Shown here in pieces: positions 51,569 through 62,400 of a stretch of DNA of 64,000 bases. Positions within the stretch are counted from its first letter, which is position 1; every line of letters begins with the position of its first letter. Below the pieces are notes generated by a model that saw nothing but the letters and a program-made list of their open reading frames with translations, was not told the origin of the DNA and did not search any database. The DNA comes from Moniliella sp. 'wahieum' (taxonomy: Eukaryota): NCBI GenBank assembly GCA_003971905.1, contig RSEE01000006.1, positions 558,001 through 622,000 on the forward strand, read 5' to 3'. Both the position numbers and the translations under genes were made by a program.

Positions 51569-52207
51569 ATGACCCCTACCCAGCTCGCCCGCTTTTTTGG
51601 ATTAGTGGCCCGCCCTGACACGTTGGCTCCCAGCCTTGCCACCACCATGAGCATCCTCAAGCCGCCCCAGAGCGCCTCCGCCCCCAATCCCGCCCCCCGG
51701 CGTCGGATCCTGCGCCATCCTACACGCCCATTGCCAGTCCGGCCGAGGTGGCAGCAGCACAGCACGCATCCCTTGCCGCTGCTGCCCTCCCTGCTACTCC
51801 CGCGCCCGTCATCCCCCCTTCTACGTGTGCGCCTGCCAGTGTCCCGACGCAACAGCCCTCCCCAGCTTCATTCCACCAACCTGTTCATCCTTCCAGTACG
51901 TCCCCCACCCCCGAATGTTCATGTCTGTCGAACGAGCAGCGCTGATTCAGATATTCCCTTGGTGCAGACGTCCCGTCTGGTCCTCACATCCGTTGTGCCG
52001 GCGGCACACGGCGGCACCGTCCCACTTTTCTCCGGAGCAGGCGAGGGGGGCGTATCAGAGCAAGTACTGTTAGACTTTGAGGCGTCTCGGCGGGCACGAC
52101 GGACCCTTTTGCATGCGTACCTATGGGCCTTCTTCATCTGGTGCCTACTTGGGACGGTAACGGTCAACATCACGTTTGGCGCCCAGGGACGTTACTTTCT
52201 GCACTAG
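51569..52207 (+). CDS. Hypothetical small protein with C-terminal transmembrane helix
   Basis: ORF with P/S-rich N-part and RRARRTLLHAYLWAFFIWCLLGTVTVNITF (basic patch plus hydrophobic helix). Confidence 0.5.
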   Translation: MTPTQLARFFGLVARPDTLAPSLATTMSILKPPQSASAPNPAPRRRILRHPTRPLPVRPRWQQHSTHPLPLLPSLLLPRPSSPLLRVRLPVSRRNSPPQLHSTNLFILPVRPPPPNVHVCRTSSADSDIPLVQTSRLVLTSVVPAAHGGTVPLFSGAGEGGVSEQVLLDFEASRRARRTLLHAYLWAFFIWCLLGTVTVNITFGAQGRYFLH

Positions 52208-53513
52208 GGCACAACGAGAACGCAAACCCCGAACCCCTCTCGACACTCTGCCGGACTCTTTATTTACCTTTAGGAGCTTCATGCGTCGCTCCTGCCTGCC
52301 CTTTTTTCTGTCCGGTTCGGATGGTGCTTCTCTTCTTCCACTGGCACGATTTGGCACGACTGTTTATTCTTCCTACCCAGAGTGCGTATTCTTATAGCAG
52401 TGACTGTCATCACTCTACCTTGCGTTGGAACAAGGGATCGGGGATACCAAAGAGGGTTGGTATTGGTAGAATGAAAGGCATGAGACAGGAAGCACGGCGT
52501 GGACTGTGATTGTCTGTGCTTCTTGCAGGGTAACTGGTATTGCCAGCCCCACGAATCAAGTTTTTGAGTGTCCGAGAGAAGAAAGCACGCCATGTGTGGA
52601 ACAAAGAGTAGCCGCCTGCACATCTTCAGCATATGTTGGGGAATACCAAGGTGCCAAATCTGGGGTGGGTGGCTAACCCTGAAGGAGGGAAAAGGATGGG
52701 CAGCTATGCACACATGCAGTCCCAAGCCTACAACTACAGATGACAGGTATCCAGCATAAACGATGATGAAGCACGATGATGAAAGACCACAAAATGGACG
52801 AAATACGGGGGATTACAGTGCGGTGGGCCATGCTCAGTCCCGGTAAGGAGAAGGGGAGAGAAGGTAATGGATGGCCAGGATCTGATGCCATGGATGGAAA
52901 GAAAGAGGTAGGGGGTAACACGGACGAAAAGTATAGGGGGGGCTCACAAGGTGGTCAGACACAACAAGGACAGGTGATCAAGGCCGTCGCTGCCAACCGC
53001 CTACCTTCCACTTCCACGTTAGGGGGCACAACTGATATACCCGCAGTTGACCGCTGGGACCGGCACTATCTGCCACCGATGTCAGCATGCCCCCGCCGCT
53101 ACCCTCGCCGACCACAACGCCAACAACGCCAGCTTTACAGTGTTCGACAACCCCACCCATCCACACGCCGCGCCAACATCCAGCCACATCAGGCACCCTG
53201 CCCGGTGGTGGTAATTGCCCCCTTACTGGTTGCATCGCCGGATCCCTGTCACGAGGCGCTCCCACGAGGCTCATCAAGCATCTGGCTGCCCCGTACACCA
53301 CTTCCCTAACGACATCCATGGCTCTCTCGGTCTCCCTACACACGAGGTGCTGAGTCCCTGAGCAAAGTCCTGAAGCCAACTTGCGACGTCGCACGCTGCA
53401 GGAAACTGTATCTGGTCTGCAAGGAGCGCAGATACGAAGGTCGCCCCGCTTCTTCGTCGTTCAGATCCTTTAACCTATCGGGATTCGGAAGATTCAGTTT
53501 TCATGGCTTCGGG

Positions 53514-54115
53514 TTAACAGAATTTGTGCGCAAAGGTATAATGCGGCACGTTCTTCGCCACGGCGCCCACTGGGTTGTCGAGCGGGCTCATCGAGTCAAA
53601 CACGCTGGGCCAAAATCAGTAAAGCAGTCCCCGTCGTGAGACAATACAGGCAGAACAGGACGAGTAACATACTAAGGTTGATGGAACCTGTGCTTGGTTG
53701 GGTTCTCCATAGATTGGAAGAAAAGCATGAGCTCCGCACGCTCGCGCTCGGCCGAGTAGGTTTCCACGCTTGAGGCCAACGACTCTTCGCGCGTCTCGCT
53801 CATGGTGCTCACAGCGTTCTGGAACGATTTAATTAGGTTATTGACCTTGTACCACTTGTCTTGTTCAATCTTCGAGTCAATCAAGTGGACATAGAGGATG
53901 GAGCCCACCACCGGGCCTGCCCACTTCCAGAACCACCATTGGTTCAACGAAACCGGCACCGCAGCACGGTCTGTGGGAGTAGTCTTGGCGTGGGCATCCG
54001 CGGCATGGCTGTGAGCTTCAGCCGAAAGGGATCGTGCACTCGTAGAAATCAGCCGGGATGGCAGTGGGGCGGGACAGAGGGCAGCGCGCCGCGAAAGCAG
54101 TGCGCGCGAGGCCAT
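53514..54115 (-). CDS. Mitochondrial protein, probably complex I 17.8-kDa (NDUFB5-like) accessory subunit; two exons
   Basis: Presequence MASRALLSRRAAL...RLISTSARSL, His-rich linker, one TM segment (WWFWKWAGPVVGSILYVHL), LFFQSME. Intron 53605-53672 (GTATGT...ACTGAT...CCCAG) joins to exon 2 YVFDSMSPLDNPVG...*. Confidence 0.65.
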
Positions 54116-57100
54116 CGTGTTGCCGGTGGTGGGCGAGCTCAAGCGCTTGCCGAGCTAACGCCCTCCGGGGCGGCGGTCAGGATTAGCTTAGTAATGGATG
54201 ACATTTGGTTTTTTTCAACTTTCAAACGCCATTTCCTGTCTAGACGGAAAACCTTCAAATCTGGCTACACTATAATGTCCTCTCTCATGGACCGAGACGA
54301 TCAATCAGGCCTGCCTCAGGCTTCTACTAGATTTGGAACCATTACTATAGGGCTTCACGTTAAGTACAGAGCGCATTTCCCAAGACTTATACATTTTGGC
54401 AACATGGAGTTACTAGGGTACCACTGGGCGTACGGGTCGGACTGCGTGTTGTGGAGGCGATACTGTTGGCTTACAGTCCGGTCAGTCTGCATTGTGTGTC
54501 TGTGGGGCTTCTTCGCCCCTTCCGTGTAGCAGCGAGACGATCCACGTCTCCACCGTTCCCCCGCACCTCGTTGACCGTTCCACAGTCCACACACCACCGT
54601 TCCACACCATGCTTCCACAATTTCATACTATATCGTAACAGTCGAGGCCAAGGAGGGAGTCCAAGGACCGACGGTCAGAGACGGCCAAGTGGTGGCACGG
54701 GCAGGTCCCGCCAGGGGGCTCACCCAGGTTTTGGAGGTACAATCCCTTATAGGAGACGGAAGGACGACTGACGGTAGTTTCGGGCTTTGGCTAGTTGGTA
54801 GACCCGAGCGGCCGACGAGGAGAGGCACGGAAGCCGAGGCGGCTGCACGTGTGGCAATCAGGCTACATATGCACCCGCTTGGGCTGTAGTATAAAATGTG
54901 TTTGAAGCATCCCGGGCTTTTAGGGAGATGGGTAGAGGAAGTGGAGGACAAACGCTGCCAGAACTGAGCCTGGACACGGACGGGGGTCGACGTGGCTGGG
55001 AAGGAACCCACGCGATAAGCTGGTACCGGGCATCGACGCGGCTGAAGGAAAGCCCGCGCAGCTGGGAGGACGGGAAGCTGGAGGACGAGGTTGGAAGATG
55101 AAGAAGCAGCTAAGTGGAGACGGGGTTGCCTGTACGGAATCAATTGGCTGGAAACGGGCAGGGGTTGGACAGGAAAGGTGGGAAGGGACGAGAATGGAAG
55201 GTAGCGAAAAGGATTCCTACCAACCAACAGGAGTACAAGCTAGATCAAAAGGGAAAACGGACACAATAGGGATGTAGAAAGGAAGACATGTCACGAAAAG
55301 GGTTCGTTGCCGCAGGCGCAACGGAGAAATGTAAAGCAAAAGTAAGTGTTGATGGGGGGACAGTCGTCGCAATACACCGTCGGAAACTTGGTGGCCTCTC
55401 ATTTGGGTCAACTGAATATGACCTGGGCTGGGGGCGATTATTGCCGCGCGGATGCATGGCCACTCGGGCCATCGTACATGGTTTAACCAACCATCATCAA
55501 ACTTGGTTAGACTTCGGAGCGCGCTCTTCTGATGGGTATGTGCAAAGCAGGCGGGCTTTTTAGCTTGGATCACAGACCATCTCATATCCAACGCAACCCG
55601 TATCAAGTGGGAGAAAACAAGAAGTGTAGGCAAAGATCAAGAGCAACAGGGAAAAGGGAGAGCGACACGCACGAGATGTACCCTCAGACCCTAGCCTCGA
55701 AACATTCATGGGTATAACACGTTATTATTTCTTGGGACGTTGGGCCCAGCTGTCAACTCCTCCTAAAAGTCGGGCCCCGCAGTATCTCTCTGAGATGAGG
55801 TTGCAACCACGTCTGTATATCACTGTTGGCCACCAGTGGTCCAGCGCCCGTACCCGCCCCATTTTAGTGTGGTGTGTGTCTCGGGCCGGCACATTCGACG
55901 GAGATCTTCCCAGACATCAGACTTCTGGGTCCTCTCCCACAGCTCCCACAGCACTAACTCTCCTTTTTAGCTCTTACAGCTCGTGAATGCCACATCCAAT
56001 TTGCTTCTAGGTAGAACGCATCCCTCATTATAGGTCCGTCTATTTATCGTCGGGCAGAGGTGGGCCACTATATTTCCTCTTCATTTTTGTGTGGTCCACA
56101 TTCTAGTGTACTACATTGGAAGTCTCTCTCCTGAGAGGTCTTTTCACATTCGGGGCTAAGGTGAGGGAGACCCGAGTCGAGACTAGGCCAAGGGGTGTAG
56201 CAATCGTTTGTGGGGATGAAGCAAGAGCAGAGGACTTGATGCGAAATGTAAAAACAGGGAAGCAGCAAAAGACGCTCGGGACGAAGAAATTGGAATGGGA
56301 GCGAGATCAACCAAACGATGGCAGCCCTGGCACCTTTTTCTCAGCAGACAGTCCGAGAGAGGAATCTACACCTCGCCAACATGCCCACATGATGTTCTAC
56401 ACACTCTCATGATGAGGGCACACTCAGTAATGAAGTAATGAGAACACGGGCAAAAGCAAAACAGTAGTTCGCCGTCCAAAGTCTCTCGCAGTATAATACG
56501 GAGAGATGGTGTACATTTTTGTTGTCTCACTCGCGCGCCTATATCTCTCTCTCCATAACCACGTTCTGTCGGATCTCGAGCCATATTGGCCCGCTGTACG
56601 TCCGTGTGCCACGGTTGTTTTCTCACGGTTGTACAGCTGAATTGAAGCGTGGTCGGACTTTATTAAGATTACCCCGTGGCCCGCCAGGGCCCGCCACATG
56701 TATAACCATGTGGCCCATGTGACCGCCCTCCCCGTAAACTTTTGTCACAGCATCTCTGCCTGTGGGGGGTTGAACGTTGCCGTGTTGCCTCGTGTGACAC
56801 GTAACTAGTAACTAGTAACTCGTGAAAACGGAAACGTGGTGGGGAAACGCATGGCGACTTAGTTACACTAAGGGTGGAAGAAGCCGCTTCGACTGCTGGA
56901 ACAAGTGTGGTATGCAACAAGAACGCCCACAAGGCCCACAGTGACACGCTCCGGGGGCGCTCTTCTTCTTGGTGATGATGCGACGCGCGGGTGCTTGCCT
57001 CAGGCCTCAGGCCTCACATGCACATGTCACAAGACACTGCGAGAACAAGATGTTTGAGCCCTGCAAAACCCCTTCAAACTGTTGTGGTGGTTCATCGCTC

Positions 57101-59474
57101 CCATGCCTATCAACACGCTCAGCCTATTAAGCAATGAGGCTCAGCGCTCGCGCTCATTCGTCTCCACCTGCACGACATCCAGTTTGCAAGTGAATTGCGG
57201 AAGTCAAAGGGTCGCGGCCTGCTGCTGGTCACTATTATAGGTTTTCGCCTCCTGCCTGCGGTGTCCCATTGTGCGTGCTATACGTAGGATGTATGAGGCA
57301 GAATGGACGACGCATGGTTGACGATCAATGACATGATCGATGATCGATGATCGACAATCGACGAGCATGGAGTGTGCACCAAAAACGTCGAATTGGCAAC
57401 AGAGACCATCGCGGCGTCGAGTGGGTAGCCTATCTTATCTTGATCGTAGTATAGTGCCTCATAAGATCTAAGATTTTTAATGCCTAAGAGCGCACAGGCG
57501 CTCAGGCGATCAGGGTTAGCGCAATAAGCGCGGAGCTCTACTACTTGGTGCTTTGCCGCGAACCAAGAGACTGGCCAGACCATATTAGACAGTGGCCACA
57601 GACTCCAGACCTACGGATGCGGTCTGCCGTTCAGAGCACGTTCAAAACCGCACAGCGCACGTTCAATAACGTGTTCAACGCACACATGTCAAATTTCGTC
57701 GTCCGCGTTAACGTGTCAAGTTCAACGATCAACGTTCAACGTTCAATAAGTGCGATGCCAGAAAGGGATGTCGATGGCCCTGGGACGGTCCATGGCCCCA
57801 AGACAAAGGACACAAGAGATGGTATGAACGAGGCGTCTCAGGCCATCCGGCGCTTGTCGAGCAAAAGCTGTCCCATTGCTGTCCTTTTTGGCCTTTTTCC
57901 GGGACAGCGGATGCGGTGTAGCATATGGCATGTGTCATGCTCATGCGTCGCGTGTCACGTGCATTCGATCTACCACACCCTGCTCCACCGCCAGCCACTG
58001 CCAGCCCCTGCCCCACCTGCTTTCTGCCCGCAGAAGCATCGGTGGCCTGCGGTGGCGCGTGATATATGCGTGATAGTTCCGCGGGGGACCGGGGACTGTG
58101 ACCGGTGACCCGGTGATGTGATGTGTGATGCGTGACGGTGGCTTGCGGCCGGTAACCGGTAAGGCGTTGGATCTTAGAAGCGTGGCACCTTTGCAGGAGC
58201 CAAGTCGACTTGTAGCTCCAAGCTTATTCAAGAACTTCAAAAAACGCTGCCAGGGCGTCGCGCACTAGGATCCTGCAGTTCAAGCTCGACTTGAAGCTTC
58301 GAGCTTCGCTGTACACTTGGATCTTAGAACCCAGCTTCAAGCTTGACCAGCTTTACTCAGCCGAGTACACTGCAACGTACCTGCAACCTCGTACCGGCTG
58401 TCGGGGTTGCCTGTTGTGTTGCCGGTTACCCATGTTACCGGTTACCTGTTATATGCGGTACGCGTTCCGTAGTTACGCGTTACGCGTTACGGTTACCGGT
58501 TGCGGTTCCGCTTGTTCGCGTAGACGTTTCTGCGTCACGCGTCACTCATCACATGGTGGCCTCTGGGCCTCAGGGGGTGAGAGGTGAGATCGATGGTCGG
58601 TGGTTGATGTCGGTGATGGATGATGCATGATGGAGATGGTGTGTGTGGTGTGTGATTGTGAAGCGGTCGGATCTCAGACCGAGCGTCTGAGGCGCTGAGG
58701 CGCTGAAGCTTCGCTGAAGGCTGAGCCTCAGCCTGAGGCCTCCGGCAAACTGAGGCAGCTGAGGCTCAGCGACTCAGCCGAACCGAGGGGTGGATACGTA
58801 GGAGGCAGCCAGGCGGACAGCGGCTGGCGTACGCTGTGCAGGACGAGGGGCGGGCAGTGTGTGGTGGTGGCAGGGCCTGGCAGGGCGCGCGCGGCGATGG
58901 GCGGCAGCAGTAGGCCGGGTCAGTACCACTGGGTGGGCGGGGTCGATTGATTGATTGCACAAAGGGGGCTGTCCGGTGGGAGACGTTAGATCGTAGATGC
59001 GTTGGACACTGGGTACTGGGTGAATATGCTAGCGAGGGAAGACTGAATTCGTGTGGCTTGCTAGTAGCATGGTCTGCCACTGGCCGCTGCGCGTCTGCGC
59101 TGTCTGCCCGCCTGGACACGCTGCCGCCCAGACGCACCATGTCCGAGTGCGAGTCCGGATGAATTTGATTATCAACCTCGCGCCTGCGCCTGTGGGCCTG
59201 GTTGACTGATTTACTGATTATTGACCGATTCCTGAGGCCTGATTGGCTGGATTTGGCCGGGTGATTGCAGGATTGGCCTGAGGCCTGAGGCCTGATTAAT
59301 GAGTACGCCGTCTCAGTGGCGGAGGCGTGACGGTGAGGCCGATCAGCATCAACGCATTGCTCTCGTTGCGAGCGCAGCACCATCCAGCGCTTGTTGCCAC
59401 CCCCTAGGCCTTGCCCCCGCGTCTTCTCGCTCCGTGCCTCTGTGCCTCCATCCGACTGCCCCCGCGCTGCTGCC

Positions 59475-62400
59475 ATGCCGCCCTCGCCCAGATCCATCGC
59501 CATCACCAGCAGCGGTGGCCTCGAGGACGACGACGACACTGCCTCCGCCGACGCCCACTCCCTCGCAGGCCGCCGTCGCGGCGGCGAGCTTGATCGCACC
59601 ACCCTGCCCCTGCCCCTCGCCCTCTCACCACCCACCTCGCCGCCCCCGTCGGCCCCATCCCTGCTCACCCTGCCTGCCGCCGCCCCGTCAACCCCCCCCG
59701 CGCCGCTCCTTTTCTCGCTGGCGCCGCGACGATGCCTCTTCGCCCACCACCCCCACCACCGCCGCCCGCAAGAAACTCTTTGGCTTTGCCCGCCCCGACC
59801 TGGCTTCGCCTACCTCCCTCTCTCCTCCCGATGCGGCCCCCCCGCCCCACAAGTCTTCGCGCTTGTCTGGCCTGAGCCGCCTCGGTCGCCGCTCCTCTTG
59901 GAGCCCACGCACCAATAAAGCGCCCACCATGACCAGCACGATCCTGACCCGCGCGCCCGCCCAGTCGCTGATTCCATGGCGGCATCTGTTGCCCCGCCCA
60001 TGTCGCAACCGGATGCACCCACCATGGGGGCCCGCACCCACAGTCAGAGTGCAGTGTCAGTTCCTCTCTCACCACCTCCACCGTCCTTGGCTCCCTGGGC
60101 CCCGGCACGGACGACACTGCCACCTCCGTACCGTCTGCCCCCTCCCCCAGCCCCACCCACTCGCGCCCCCCCAGCACTCATCCGTTGACCCGGACGCCGA
60201 GGCTAGCACCGGCAAGCGGGGCGACACCAGCCTTATCGCCGGCAAAGCAGGTGATCGCGATCACTGCCCCGACCGTCCTGTTGTCCCCAACACCAAACCC
60301 TCCGATACAGACGAGCCATCCAGTGTCGACCCGATCTGCCATAGCAGACGACCGGAAGGCAGGACTTGGCCTTGGACGTACCTGCATCCGTGCTCTCGTC
60401 CACTCGGAGAACCTCTCAGCTCGGACCCGAGGTATCTTCCCCGACCTGGTCCTCAGCCACCGTCCATCCCCACCGTCGCTCGACACACGAGAAGAGGCGA
60501 AGGAGAGTGCTTCACCATCCTATTCGCCCGGCCGCGACTCACTTGTTGGCTCCGACGCCTCGTCGCAAGCCGCCTCGACACCTGTGGGTTCCGCCATCAT
60601 CGAAACGCATCGTACCGAGGACAACATCATTCCGAGCCTAGCCTCGACGCAAAACATTCCATCCGCCAGGCTTCTCCGTCGCCACCAAATACCTCCTATC
60701 CATCGCCATCACCACAAGCCTCGCCATCTCGCTTGTCGGAAGCAGCTGTAGTCACACCACGGGAACCCACACTTCCCTCAAGTCGGTCTACTCCTGCTTC
60801 AGGAGTCGAAATAGCCTCATCTGCCGTTTCGGACTTGGCACGGACACGCTCGACTTCTTCCTGTGTCACTGATTCGGTGCACCCCACAAACCCACTCCCA
60901 GGTCCCTCATCTCAGGTGACCGCACCGACAGGTAGCCCACCTCAGCGCCCAACCCGCTCCTCGGCACGGCAGGGCCACAGCAGGGACCGCGGCTCACCCT
61001 CAGTTTAACCTCTGTCGCCCAGTAGTCGGCGCCCATCGCCCTCCTCTCCTGGGCGCGGGAATGGGGCACCCCCGGTTACAAGCGGGCTGGGGACAAGCAG
61101 CGCGAATCTTGATGCGGCTCGGCCTCACTCGCATCCAGCTATCGCATCGGAGCCAGACCCACCTTCCCCGCTTTCCGAATTTACCCCTCCTCCCATCCAG
61201 CTCTTCTTCGCTGGTCAAAGACGACTCTACTCTCTCCCTCTCGAACCCACAAGCCCGCTTCTTCCACATTTCGACGCGGAGGAACAATCCCATCATGCCA
61301 CCCCGTCTCCCTCTTTGTCCGACACCCCTCCGCCACGCCCACCACACACAACGAGTCACCTGTTCTACTGGAGCCTGTTCCTGTCCTTGATGCTTGCTCC
61401 GATCCCCTGCGCCGCAAGCGGCGGGCTCATTGCCGCCGCTGTCCCCCGCGCAGCTCTGCCGGCTTCATTAGCTAGTGTAGAACCGGGTGAATCAGCACGT
61501 TTTACTGCCGCCTCGCTCCCCGAGCCTGCCACGCCCGGTCCCGTTCAGCTCCCACCTGGCATCCTGTCGAGGAGGAAGAATGGTAGCGGGCCGGGAGCAC
61601 ACTGCCACCACCGATTCACCAAGCCAAGCAACCTATTCTGCCTCACCTCTGTCCCCAACCGAGAAAATTCGCTGCCAGCCATGGCATGGGGCACCATCGA
61701 GTCGGCCCTGCCCAAGTTTCAATCGGCGCACCCGCGCAAAGAAGGTGCCACGTTTGAGCGGAGCAAGCTGTTGCGGATGGTGCTGCATCCGTTTTTGCGA
61801 ATGGAGCAGAACCGGCCTTTGGTCCGGCCCGATGCGCCGCCCTCAACTCCAGGCAGCACATCGGACTTGAGCTCCGCCCCGCCCTCGCCGGGTGTCAGCA
61901 CGATTGCCCTGAGCCCACTGAGTCCAATGTCCCAAACCACCCTGTCGTCCCCCTACCTTGGCACGCCCCTTTCGGCTACCCCGCCCAACCAGCCCAATCT
62001 GTCGCACCGGCCCCGCATGGGCGAGGCGGCATACGAACACTACAAAGTTGCGTACAACCGTCGTGCTCTGTTGTACGAGTGGATCGGTGCGCTGTTGGGT
62101 GCAATCAAGACAGCCTACAGTTCTTCGGACCGGCTGGCGATTCTGGAAAGTATGGGATGCTGCTCGAGGCGCGCAACTTTAGTGCGGCCGTGTTTGATGC
62201 GCCCGAGACTGGGGCCGAGGAGAAGAAAAAGTACCAGGATACGCTGTACCAGTGTCTTGTGTATGCCTTGAATGAGCTCAACAAAAAGGGCGTGTACCAC
62301 AACAACCTCATCTTTGCTGGCCGCCTCCTTGCCCATGCTTTGTTCCGCATCCCCTCGGTCGAGAGCAATTGCTGCGGGCCCTCCCGGTACATAAAACGTC

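Noticed and set aside
52762..52886. Possible box C/D snoRNA (ATGATGA ... CTGA)
   Set aside because: No terminal stem or recognisable rRNA-complementary guide. ATGATGA also occurs at ~56409 without a suitable D box.
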